Shown: piece after piece, positions 1-22,000 of the stretch
Position numbering within the stretch: position 1 is the first letter of the stretch
How the letters are laid out: every line of letters starts with the position of its first letter
Assembly (NCBI GenBank): GCA_964234715.1
Contig: OZ174275.1
DNA: 64,000 nt
DNA from: Podarcis melisellensis
Taxonomy: Eukaryota
Strand: one strand, 5' to 3'
Notes under the pieces: model-generated
The model's database searches: none
Told to the model about the DNA's origin: nothing
Seen by the model: the letters and a program-made list of their open reading frames with translations, nothing else
Position numbers and translations under genes: made by a program

Positions 1-430
1 GATGGACAATGGAAGCATCTTAGGCATACACCTAACACTGTAATGTTTGAAGTGGCTCCAACACTCCCACTCCAATAAGGCTTCAGTTCTCTTTGTATTA
101 TTATTACATTTTAATCTTGGGGTTTTTTTCAAAGAGCTCAGAGTGACATACAAGGTTCTCCCCATGCACCTCTACCATTTTATTCTCAGAACAATCGTGA
201 AGTGGGTCAGGCTGAGGGATTAGGTCACGGCTACCCACCCAGCTCCTCTTTGCAATCCTGGCTCAACCGCAAGAGCACTTCACCCCTTTCCCCAAACATT
301 TCATACACCGTAAAACTTCTACAGGTTTTTCTGTTTCCAAAGAAAGGGAAGCTAGTAGGGAACTGGCAGCACTTGGCTTGGGGTTTAGTAAAAAAAGAAA
401 AGGCAAGACAGTTGCACATCAACAGCTATA

Positions 431-436
431 TTTATT
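431..436 (-). terminator. Probable CNPPD1 polyadenylation signal (AATAAA)
   Basis: tttatt on + strand = AATAAA on - strand, about 890 nt past the CNPPD1 stop codon. Confidence 0.55.
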
Positions 437-1321
437 AGAAGAGATCCCATCTACAAGAAATAGTGAAAAAACTACAGCAAAAATGTGCTGGTAGGAACAG
501 GGCATAAGAAGTGGTCGCCATCCCTCCACCCCCTCCCAGCCCAAGAAATGGAGGGGGCAGTCAAGCACTCACAAGCAGAGATCCCAAAACACTGACTTGA
601 CCTGATGGACCATGAGCCTCCCCCTGCAAATCGGTGCCCTTTTCTTCTCAGACTTATGGCTAAGAAAACTCCAGGCTAGTCCTGCATGGCTCTTAGAAAG
701 CACACTGTCTTCATAAAGGAAAGCAAGGTAGGCAGGCACAGGCCAAAGTAATGTTAATTGTGTGGCAATCACTTGATGGCCTGAATGCGTAGAATTGCTG
801 GTATTTTTCACCATGATAGGGAGTCACCACAGATGATTACTTCCAAGTGCCCCTGGCAAATTCCCACACAATAAGAGCCAAGCTAGAGGGCCATTCATGG
901 TGCCCTATACTAGCTCTCCCAAGGTGTGTGAATTTACCCCAAGTTTTACTCAATATGGCCAGACAAAAATATAGTCAGGCCTTTCAGGCAGGTAAATGGC
1001 TCAGCTGTAGCAGAAGACTGGTTCCAACAGGCCCAGGCCTCGCTGATTCAGTCCTTCATCCTACCCAGCCTTACACAGCTAAGATGGGATGCATCATTCC
1101 AGAAGACTTATTGTGGCCCCTAGGCAAAGTGACCATTTTGGAGGGCAGAGAAGTCCTGCAGTCAGAAAGGGAAGTTGACATCCAGTGGGGCACAGACTGA
1201 TAGGTACCTCCTTTCCCACTCTTTCCTGCCTTGTCCCCTACACCCAGACACCCAAAGCATTTCCCATCAAGGTGCCCCCACCCCAGCCCCAAGCCCAAAC
1301 TACATCCCCTCCCCTGCAGCC

Positions 1322-10366
<9,045 letters not shown>

Positions 10367-12929
10367 CCTGCCGCGCGTGAAAAGGGGCGTCAAGCGAGGC
10401 TGCCTCCTTGCTGCTGCCCCCGTTGGTAGGTAGGCAGGTGCCCGGGTGGGAGCAAGACGCCTCCTCCGCAGATAGCACCGCAAAAGGAAGAAGAAAGGAC
10501 TCGGTGCAGCCTTCCTCTTCCTGGGGCGGGAGAGAAGAGAGGGAGGGAGGGAAGGAGGCGGGCTTTTCTGCGGCCTCCACTTCTAATAAGCCGAGCGCGA
10601 GGGAGGGCGAAAGGGTTGCCTTTAGGATGAGTCACCGCGCGTGTGGCGCCTTCATCAGCCCTCCGTCCGGTCCTGCCAACTCAGGTCGCAAGCAGCCGAG
10701 ATGGGCGTCTCTGGCGGCAAAGGAAGCGGGACTTGGCTTTTTTCTTTGCAGGGTTGGGATCCGCCTGCTGCAACCCAGCAACCCCTCAAACAGAACTGGA
10801 GGGATGGAAGTTTGACGGAAAATAGAAGTACTGGTTGTACATAGGTATACATGCGACACTCGATTTCTCATCGTTGATATACTGCCCGCGAATAAGTGAA
10901 CTGACTCCGTTTCAAAGCTTTGCGTCAGTCACATTGGTAATCAAGGGATGAACACATCTATACGAATTAGTCCTTTGAGCGAGCGTGTCAAGAGGATGGA
11001 TCCTGGCACATCACGATGTTATTTTTTCCTACACCTGTAATAAGAGAGTATTTCTTGTTTTTTAGGCAAGCAAGCCTACCCAGACATGTAACTTTATTTT
11101 GAACATTTATGTCAAAACTGCTGTTTTTATCTGTATTGTGCTAAATGTTATGTCTGTTTGCTTTTAAAGTTTGCTTTTATCAGTACTTTAATATATATTT
11201 TATATTGTTTTATGTAATCTGCGTAGAGGTTTTTTTTGAAAAAGCAGGATATAAATCTTGTTAAATTGGACCCCATGTGTACCAATTTGATTATTTGCGC
11301 TACAAATCATAAATTGAAATGGTGGGAGGAATGGAAGATAACCCTTTTGTCCATTGTGATCATTCTGACAGTGCATAGAACATACTGTGGCACGTTTGTG
11401 TTCCGCCATCCTTCTGTCTCCAAAACAGAATCTCCTCATGGTTACCAAGTACTTCCTTTCAGTGGAAGTAAATGATATTTTGTACAGAGGCATTGCAATA
11501 GATATAGAGATGTCTCACTTTCTCTTCACATCCATCAGACAACAACATATTATGCTAAAAATGATTCTGGCCTTGTATAGGTGAACTAATATCTACTACC
11601 ACCAAGCCATTGGGTGTCTGAAATGCCATAAACTCCGATATGACCAGAGCCACATGTGTATATTAATTTTCTGAAGGCAGTTAATAGCACACTGCACAAA
11701 CAGAAGTGGTGAGAGAGGGATCCCAGGATTTGCTCTTGGTTCCACTTCCCAAAGCACAAGGTTGAAGTTGGTTACTATTACCAATTTCTTATTTCTAGTC
11801 CCTACAAAAATTCAAAACAGAAGCATGAACAGCCTCAGTAAAGAACTGAAGTTTATACAATGCCTCTATAATACAAGTAACCACAGCCTGGCAGGCAACC
11901 TGGCAATGAGAATATTACACCCGTAACGATCACACCAGCAGTAGAGGAATTCGGATTTTATTTTTCCAAAAGGGTCTGTTTCTCATTTCTTCAACTGCTC
12001 TGTTAGGCTGTGTTCACAAAACAGTCTTTCACTTTATTAGATGTACTTCAAGTCACCAGCCTTCTTTGTGCTCATTCACATAAAGGAGTAATTAAAAATG
12101 ACTATTACTCATACTTAAATCTAAGCACAACCACGAGGTCTCCTGATTAGCCATTTGGTTTGTGATGTTGAATGTTGCCTGTTAACTCTGTTCTATCCTG
12201 TTTCCCCTTTGTTTAAACCAATTCATGAACCAAGAACTTACACATTCACTGCTAATAATGAACCATATGTTGTAGATATTACTCTACATTTATTATGCTA
12301 TTTTTGTGATATACAAATGACATGAGAAAACTTGGTATACATTCTTGTTTATAAAACGCAGTAAAAAGTTATTAAAAAAAGAAAATAAAAATGAGTAATT
12401 TAACACCTAAGCTTTTTAGTTCTCCAGAAATTGCTCATCAGACTAGATGGTAAACAAAGCAGGGGAAAGGAGGGGGGAGTTAGGTAAAGCCATGAGTGCA
12501 TCATTCCATCTTAAGCCTTTTGCAAGATACCTTGTGGCTTTGCTACCAGTCTACATTTTCTCCCATCCACCTTGCTGTTTACCATTTTGCCTGATGAAGA
12601 CTTCTGGAGAACTCAAAAGCTTGCATGCCATTTTGTCACATTTTTGTTGCCCTAATTAATATGTTGTGCTAATATAGGTTCTGGAATGCTGCAGTATTGT
12701 GAGGCATGTATTTTATTTTTAGTGAGAAATGTTTCGTCTTAGCTCCACCTCTACGCTGCAAGCTGTCAGAAGCCACTGTCACTGCCATAGTCCCCACCTG
12801 CAATATAAGGACAATGGATTGTGTTACTATTGGCAGAGCAATTCTTAAAACGTTTTAAACCCTTCTTTAAACACACACACAGACATTTTTTCCCAAACGA
12901 AATAACCTGAGTTAAAAAAGAATACGACC

Positions 12930-13950
12930 CGTCCCTTCTTTGTTGGTTTTTATTTTCTTTTTAGAAGGGAGCGGCGGGCATACTCCGCAGCCCACTCGTA
13001 GCTATAATTTCTCCATGGTTTTCCAATAGACGGCCTTTTCCTTTTCGCCCTGGAAGCGGAAGGTTGAAACAGCCTCAAAAGAAACCCTGGGATTTCTATT
13101 TCTGCAGGAAGCCGAATAGTAGCTGCTCTCAACTTTTCCTATCTCTATTCTTGAATAGGAGGGACTGAGCGGTTTGCGCATGCGTGTCGCATGAAAACAT
13201 CCCACTTCACGTTCCGAGGCCGATGCACGTGATCGCTGAGTCGCTCTGCCTCGGCGTCTGTATGGCTGCTGCGGCTACTTCCGGCCGCGGCTGTCAGGAG
13301 GACTCCTCGCTCCTCCCCCGCCCCCTTCCTGATCGGTGGCTGAAGAGATGGCGAGCGGCGGCGGCGGCGGCACCTTGGATGTCCCGGCGGCAGAGGCAGG
13401 GGAGCCGGTGCCAGTGCCCGGTGGCTGCGCGGCCGGAGGCGAGGAGGAAGAGGAGGAGGAGCAGGAGGTCTTGGCTCTGGCCGTCCACCTGAGGCGGCGC
13501 CTGAGGGGCTGGGAGGCGACGGTGGCCGCCGTGCAGCGGCTGCTGGTCTGGGAGAGGCCGCCGCAGAGCCTGGCCGGGGCCGCCGCGCTTGGAGCTGCTC
13601 TGTGGTGAGAGGAGGCGGAGGCCACTCCGGGGGGGTAGGGGGGCGCAGGATGGGGCCCCAGGAGGTAGCGCGCGCGCGCGCGGGGAGGGGGTGTTGCTCG
13701 CGTGCGTGGGGAGGGGGTGTTGCTCGCGTGCGTGGCAGCGGCGGCGGTTAGGAACCGCGCGAAGGGGGTTGAAAGTAGAGCCGGCAGGTAGATGGGGTCG
13801 TGGATGCTTCTGACGTGGTTTCAGCTGGGCGGCCGGTTCTCTCGGCGAGAGGAAGTAGGCCAGGCTGCAAGAGAGCCCCGGGCTTAGGGTCACCTATCCT
13901 GCTGCAAATTGAATACCACATAGAGCTCTTTTCCTACGCGTGCTTACTTG
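12930..13950. promoter_or_regulatory. CpG island / RETREG2 promoter and exon 1
   Basis: High CpG density; CCAAT 13023-13027, NRF1-type TGCGCATGCG 13175-13184, E-box CACGTG 13226-13231, ETS ACTTCCGG 13277-13284, all upstream of ATG 13348. Confidence 0.8.
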
Positions 13951-16900
13951 GGAGTAGACCCCTATTGAAATCCGTTGGACTTACCTCTGAGTAAGCGTGA
14001 ATAACCTTGTGCTACTCATAATCTTCCAGTTGTTTGCAGGGAAGCTTTCTAAGGGAAAGGAGTTGCCAGTCTGATGTGAGGTGGGCAGCTTTAGGGTAGC
14101 ATTTTCTGATGTGGGTCAAGGGTAGGATTGCTCAGGAATAGCCGTTCTGTTTCATTCTGAGTGTCTGCCATGCATTATTCTGGAATAAGTTGATAGCCCC
14201 ATGTGATTATGTTTAACTTATGTTAAACCTTCTCTAAAGATCTCAGGTTTTCATATATATGGTTTCTCTGGCTATTCTCATAGCAACCCTGTAGGGTTGG
14301 CTGTGCTTAGTAATAATCAGTTGCCCAAGTCAGTAAGCTGGAGCTTGGACCAAGGTCTCCCCAAATCAATCAAAACACACATACAATTTGTGCAAAGATT
14401 TTGGTTGGGACATTTGGAAATAGGTTTCTTGAGGTTAGGGAATTGTGGGAAAAGGTACTGGGGAGGCTAGTATGAGGAATGGAGGAAAGTGGAATAGGTA
14501 AGAAATTTGCAGTTGTGGAAGGGAATCTAGGGCTGTGAAGTTGAGTGGTAGTTGCAAGGGAGAGATCTGGTAAAATGTAGTTATGCAGTGGTGATGGAAA
14601 GGCCTTGCAACAGGTAAAACTACACAGTGCATGTGTAAAAGATCAAAGTTGATAAGAGCAATAAAGCATTTGAGAATGGAGGATATTTGGTTGTGAATTC
14701 TCTCCATGGCCAAGGATTATCCTATTTTAAAGGAGGCACAGGTGTGCAGGGACATTCCCCACAAGTTGGAGTCATTCTGAAAAGAGCAGCACTTCTCCCA
14801 GAAGTAAGAGCAATGTGAAGGAACACTGAGATGAATTGCTAATTGATGGTGGGTGGGATGTGCATTAAGATTGTATGACTGTCTGGATCACTACTGCAGC
14901 CCCAAAGTAATTCAGATGGGCCTTTAAATGTCATCTGACTTTTGGATTCTTGGCCTTATCTTCTGAAAGTTAAAAAAGAACTGCTAGATACCTTTAAAAC
15001 CAGCAGATCTCTGGACACCATACTTTTGCTCAATTTTGGTATCACTCTCTAGCAATCTAGAAGCTTCTGTTTGGAAACAACAACAAATCATAAAAGCAAT
15101 GTAAATCCTTCTTTTGTGGTTCTTCATTAGTATGAGAAAAGTGGCAATTCTAAATATTCTTTCCTGGGACCAATTTTCTGTGCACTATGAAGGGAGGCAG
15201 ATGACTTTAAAATAATGGACCCTGAAAGCTTAGTCAAAGAAACTCATAAAATCTTTGCTTCTTCGTGTAGATCTGCAAAAATTGTGAGATGACATGAGTG
15301 ATTTAAAAGATAGGAAAGCATGGGAAACTTTCATTTGCTCCTACTTGGCACTAACATTACATTTTGGAGCAGTTTTCAATATCCTTTATAAACAAATCCA
15401 GAATGGTGCCTCAAGTTATAATTATCGTTGGGAGTGGAAGGATGTTGGGTCCAGACGTCTAGTGAAAAAATGATTGCACCCTCCTGTAGTAAACTTTTGC
15501 TTATCTAATTGTTAAAATTCATCCCAGATGTCTGGAGGTAAAAAAGTAAGTTCAACACCCTTCCCCCGGGATTACTTGCTTATTTCAGCAATAAGAATCT
15601 ACTTTACAGGGAGTCAGTACTGGGCTCAGCAGGTCAATGGTCTACTACTTTCACTGGCAGAGAAACTCTAGAGTCGCAAGTCAAAAACTTTCCCAGCCCT
15701 AGTCCCTGAGACTCTTAACTGACGATAGCAGGGACTTAACATTGGACTTTCTACATGCCACACATGTACTCTGCCTATGAGCTATAGAGAAGAGTATAGA
15801 ACAAGCTGCATGCATGAGTCAGTAGTGGGGTTCCCTCCTTGAAATTTGTCTGTCTGAGACTACTGCTGGTCTTGTATGGATGAAATTCTGTTGCCCCTGG
15901 CCACAGTGCAGTCATGGATTGATTAAGTCCCTGGTGGACCCAAGAAGGCTTCGCTTTGAGGCATATTTTGTGGTGTCTTCTACACTTGATCTAACAAGGA
16001 TTGCAGTCACAAGCTTAGGATGTGGGACTTAACATTGGTTGGGTTTAGCGTCATGTAGACTTCCCTCTTCACTCTCAAAGTATAAACAGACCTCTCCCTG
16101 ACGCACGGGTGGTGCCAAGTGCGCCTCCAGGACTTGGCTTGTGATAAACATGGACTGCTACTAGCAGCTGCAGATAATTGGAGACTCGCCCAGGAGTGTT
16201 TCTACTTAGAATTTGTGCACTCACTGTGTACAACCCACATGGTTCATACTATCCCCAGCTTGGGCCCGGTAGCTTAGTAGTAACCCCTGGCAATGTGCCA
16301 GGCGGGAGTAAGCCCTACAAGCTGTGCTCTTGTTAAGCCTGTGGTGGATGAGAACTGTAGTGCTAGCACATTCCTTGTTTTCTGCCTATCCTGCCTCTGC
16401 GCACACAGCAACATTGAACAAGCCCGTGTGGTGGAATCCAGCATACAGCTGGGGGGGGGGGGGAAACATCCTGTTTACTCTTGCAGACAATGAGCTGACT
16501 GTCAGCAGAGCAGATTCACAGGCTGGAATCAAGCAGGGGTTGGTAGTACACTTCCAGAGACTGCAGTTTGTGGAGATGTTAATTTAAACTAGAAATGTTT
16601 TTTGTTATAATACTTAATAACAATTTGAGAGAAGGGAGAAAGATCCTGCCAGAAAATAATTTCTCATTAAAAGAAGAAAAATTCTCAAGCAGTAATACAT
16701 ACAGGGCTAGAAAGAGAAGACAACATAACATAAAAGAAGCCAGCAGCATATTTTTTAGGTACCCGCCATGCTCGGGCTAATATATTTCAAATTACTAGGT
16801 TCCACCAACATCATTTTTCTAGTTGACTGGATGCCTGTAATTTTTAAACCTTTAATTACACAGAGTACAGGTTTCTAAACTGTACACTCATGGTCCGATG

Positions 16901-19020
16901 CATAGAAATCCAGTGCCTATAATAGATTTCAGTTGGAAGCTGTATACAAGACTTTCAAGGATGTGAACTTCTGCCAGTGATAGCTCAAATAGGTAGAAAA
17001 TAGAAAGGAACCCATTTTTCCTTTTTATTTTCTACCTATTTGAGCTATCAAATAGGTAGAATCAAATAGGTAGAATAGCTATCAAATAGGTAGAATATTT
17101 GAGTGCATCCCATTCCCACAATAAGCTTTGGGTGAACAGAAGAGTATATTTTGTCAGAGTGCATTAATTCATTTCTTGCCCAACACTTTCATTCAGTGTG
17201 TTTATGTCAATAATAGGCAAAATGTGTAAAAAAAATTAGGAACTTGGTGTTTCCACCTCAAATTGTGGTTTAAAGGTAAAGGTAAAGGTACCCCTGCCCG
17301 TACGGGCCAGTCTTGACAGACTCTAGGGTTGTGTGCTCATCTCATTCTAGAGGCTGGGAGCCAGCGCTGTCCGCAGACACTTCCGGGTCACGTGGCCAGC
17401 GTGACGAAGCTGCTCCGGCGAACCGGCACCAGAGCAGCACACGGAACGCTGTTTACCTTCCCACTAGAAAGCGATACCTATTTATCTACTTGCACTTAAT
17501 TGTGCTTTCGAACTGCTAGGTGGGCAGGAGCTGGGACCGAACGACGGGAGCTCACCCCACCACGGGGATTCGAACCGCCGACCATGCGATCAGCAAGTCC
17601 TAGGTGCTGAGGTTTTACCCACAGCGCCACCCGCGTCCCTTCACCAGTGTCCCACCCCAAATCATAGTTCCACACATGCAGGAGAATGTTATCTAGAGAT
17701 GACAGACTCATAGACTCATATCCAATGCAAGTTTTTTAAACACAGGACACTGTCAAATGTGTTGGTCTAAGCCATTGCCAATGATAGCCAAACACGCATA
17801 GAAAAGAATAAAGAACTGGGGAAGGGATGCAATAAACTTTGGTATATCACAAATCATACACCCACATCTGCAGGATGGTACCCTCTATCGGACAGCATAG
17901 AATCACGTCAGGCCCAATGCTTTTTGGAGTAGCAAGGTGCTATCAATTGCATGGGTCTACACCAATAATTGTCAAAATATGTACAACTCTATTGCTGGAT
18001 GTGTGAGTATATGGTTTGGTGGTTCCTAAGTTCCATATTATTTTTTTACACATTTTGGTTGTTGTTGGCATAGTTTCACACCACACAGTTTCTTGTGTCC
18101 AAGCACTGTGTTGCTAGACCAATTTGGGTATAACCATTGTGGTGGTCCAAAGCAAGTTTGGGTTGCACAAACCCAGTTCCTTATTCTTTTCTACATTTGT
18201 TGGCTATTAATTATTTGTTATATTAGAATAATATAATTTCTAAAATTGGCTATCATTGGACTACCTAAAAATTTATAATCTGACATAAATTTTATGGATG
18301 TCATTCTTCATGAGATAGGTGCTGCAGCAGAGTGACAGACAGTCATTTTGGAAAATAGCTTCTGCAGACATGTGCTAATGTGCACATGATGTTTACTGAT
18401 GTTTCCTCTTTCTGAACTATTTTCTATGTCATCCAAGTGGAAATTGCTTTCAGTAATGACTTTCCTCCTGAAATTTATTACAGTGGTACCTCGGGTTACA
18501 TACACTTCAGGTTACATACGCTACAGGTTACAGACTCTGCTAATCCAGAAATATTACCTTGGGTTAAGAACTTTGCTTCAGGATGAGAACAGAAATCGTG
18601 CAGCGGCGATGCAGCAGCAGCAGCAGGAAGCACCATTAGCTACAGTGGTGCTTCAGGTTAAAAACAGTTTCAGGTTAAGAACAGACCTCCAGAACGAATT
18701 AAGTTCTTAACCCGAGGTACCACTGTATACGACACTGGTCTATAGTGTTGGACTTGGACCTTGAAAACTTTGAAATGTACTAGCATTTGGCACAATATGG
18801 CCTAGATCAGACATAGGCAAACTTGGCCCTCCAGATGTTTTGAGACTAGAATCCCCATCATTCCTGACCACTGGTCCTGTTAGCTAGGGATGATGGGAGT
18901 TGTAGTCCCAAAACATCTGGAGGGCCGAGTTTGCCTGTGCCCGGCCTAGATCAAGGGCCACTGACGAGTGCCAAGGCACCTGCAAAGGCTTTAACTGATG
19001 CCTCATATACTGAGCTTTCA

Positions 19021-19057
<37 letters not shown>

Positions 19058-22000
19058 CTGTAGCCCTCCTAGAAAGGAAGTTATGGAGTAAAATGTGCAG
19101 GTACTTTTTCAGCAATTTCTGTGAAATGAGTGAGTGTGAGATGGCCTCTTTTAACTTATGTCTTTGTCCCTGTAACTTTCCAGGCTGTTTTCCTCCACTT
19201 CGTTGCGTCCTCTATTCCTCCTCAGCATGGGCTTTATTGGTGTTCTCCTGTTGGAGAGATGGAAGCCTCAATTCCTGTTGGATTTCTCAGGTAAGTGAAG
19301 TAGTGAAGGTTGTACAAGTAAAGGAAGTGGTGTAGTTCTGGATCAGAGATAATCTTGGTTGATTCTTGCACTCTTGCAAGTTCAGTTCATTGCTTCCTGT
19401 CCTGCTATGATTTCCTGCTGATCAAGCCTTGAACTAACAGTTCCCCCCTTTTTGCTGTACTACACTGAATAAAAAGTAGCAAGTAATTGGAGTTCTTTGG
19501 ACTAAAGGCACTTGGTTAATATTTGCTGGCGTTTTTTCCCCCATCTCTTTGCTTCTGCTCATGTTGAGAATGCACATTAGAGCACCTTTCTGTTTATTGA
19601 GGGCAGTCATGTGAGAAATGCTGTTTGGCTGAAAGATTAAATGTAGCAATTTGTTTTGTACAGTTAGATCTTAAGGAGTGTGGATGTAACTGCCTGCAAG
19701 TCTTAACAAATTTTGGATTAAATAGGTGGTATCATGAGTGCCTGAGTGTGAACCAGGCAACTATGTGGTGTTGGCCTACAATGTCTAATGTCTTTTCTTC
19801 ACTGTCCTCAAGAAAGATACCCCTGATGAGCTCAGCATGTGGAGCACCAGTGCATAGCCTTTTGTTGGCCCAAGGTCTGTATTTGTTCTTGAGCAACCTT
19901 CCAGGGGCCCCATGAGAGCAGTGAGTGTAACCAGAAGTGAGTCACCCCACTCTCTCTTTTGCACACAGAGAAACAGCTTCCCTTCTCAATAGGAAGGGCA
20001 GATTACCAAAGGGGGCAGTGGTTTAAATCTCTCCACTCATTGAATGATTCCTTGGGGGGGGGCAAATTGTATCCCCATCTTCATCTCAGCGCTGTATCTA
20101 CTTTGATTTCTTCTTCTTGCCACTGCCAAATTGGTGTAGTTTTTGTAAGCCATAAAAATTTGCTTGGGGGCGGGATTAGGTCCCCACTAATGTAGGGTTA
20201 GCCACCCTTATGGTAGAGGCTGTGTCTTTCCACATGGTGTAATCTCTAATCAACACTTTTTAGGACACATATGAGCAACAACTTGCAGAGTCTGGTTTTC
20301 ATTAATCAGTATGTATGATGTTTCACAATGTCTTCAATCCTCCAAGAAAGAAGCTGATCACAAGATGTTAGAGGGAGTCTATTGTCTGGATTTAATATTG
20401 AATTGACTTAATCAACCCTGCTGTGCCCAGACATCAAACCCTAAACAAAATACTGGCAGGGAGTGGTGTAGAAAAACAGAGACCTAGGTGCCCTGTTCAA
20501 GCAGGACTTGTAAAAACATTGCAGCCTAGAAAATTGGATCACACACTCCTCTTGTGCAGTAAGGTGTACTATGTCAGTTTCACTTTGTGATTTTTGGAAG
20601 GTTTCCCATGTCACAGAATGATGCAAAGCACCAGTAATATCACTCTTAGCAACGGATTTCTGCTTTAATCTTCCTGTGCTGGAGGAATTTCCTGTAGAAT
20701 AGCAGGATCAGCATCATTTTATTTTTATGTTAAATATTACTTGAGTTAAGTTAAGGCTGTTTTGTTCCAGATAACTGCTGGCAAAGAGTAGAGTTGCTGT
20801 GGGGTTACATAAGACAAAATAGTAGGCCAGCCATGGTGAGCTGAGGGTTATTTTCCTACTTTTGTTAAACGACCTGGTGAGCAGAACTACTATCCAACTT
20901 GGTTTATGTAAGATCAACTGACAAGCCACCTATCCAAGACGCATCTAATGTTGATCCTCATAACTGACACAGTCATCCTGATTAGATCCCAGGTGGAATC
21001 TGTTGTGATCCTTATGAATTGTATTGGAGCTGTATCATTAAATAGGAATGCAGCTTCCTCCCTGTTTAAAGGACCAAGAAGAGCAGTTCTGAACATGATG
21101 AACATTTTTCATATGCAGAATACAGCCAAATTCATAGAGAGACTGTACTGAGAAATTCACTGTGGATTCAAGGTTAATAACTTGCTGTTGCAGTGGACTG
21201 AGATTTCTGTGTGATCTTTCAGGCCCATAAGACTGCTACACAAGGTGAAGCAATTGTTAAGTGAGCAGCACAATGCCCCTGCCAGAGCTAACAAAGTCAA
21301 AGGCTGCATTAGCTTCCTTGTTGGTGCATTAGGAGGTACAAAACGGTGTGGTATAAACAGTTGCATTCCTGCTGCCCCAGTACATGATGCCTGGATTCAG
21401 CACTCTGGCAAGCAACAGTACTGAAATAACAGGCAAGCACAGTAGCCCATGTATTTGGAGCTGCCGTAAACAAACATTACAGCCAGGCTTCTGTGTTAAC
21501 AATAGTAGCTTTTCACACTCCTGAAATGGGCCCAAGATTTTTCATGTGGGCAGTGGCTGCTGCAATGCCTGAGTACCCACCAGAATCTCTGCTGCCCGAG
21601 GAAGATGGTGATTGGCTCCCTATGTTAGGGCTGATTGCCTGGAATCTGGGTCACAGACTTAACAAGATTGCTTTCCGCCGCTCCACTGCTCTATTCACCA
21701 GCCTGTCAGCTCTGTGTATGTGGCCCAGGGGAAAGGCCTGAGTTAGCCCCAAGCGCTGTAGCTTGTACAGACTGTGTGCAGCTGACTGCACATTATAAAT
21801 AATAGCATAGCACGTCAGCTACACTAGATAGTCATATCTGATGAGCTTTGAATTCTAGCTTCAAATCTCTAATGCAAAAGAGCTTATTCACACATCTCTA
21901 CAACTAGGCTCAAACAAAGGTCACATTTTAAGGAGCTCCCTGGGTGGCTTTGTAAAGCCAGGGTTTCTTTTTTTCCTCACATAATATATTTTATTGAAAT

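Noticed and set aside
13336-13347. Upstream GTG start for RETREG2 (MAEE extension in the ORF track)
   Set aside because: The ATG at 13348 has a good Kozak context (gagATGg) and matches the recalled MASGGGGG N-terminus
13184-13893. Long overlapping and antisense ORFs (up to 199 aa) over the RETREG2 CpG island, and similar ones at 10133-10871
   Set aside because: Stop-poor GC-rich sequence; low-complexity translations with no recognisable domain
16978-17103. CRISPR-like repeat array
   Set aside because: Vertebrate DNA; 14-nt repeats with no unique regular spacers and no cas genes
18399-18710. 103-aa ORF with a polyQ run
   Set aside because: Lies mostly within a non-coding Tc1/mariner MITE; the CAG run is not kept in the second copy
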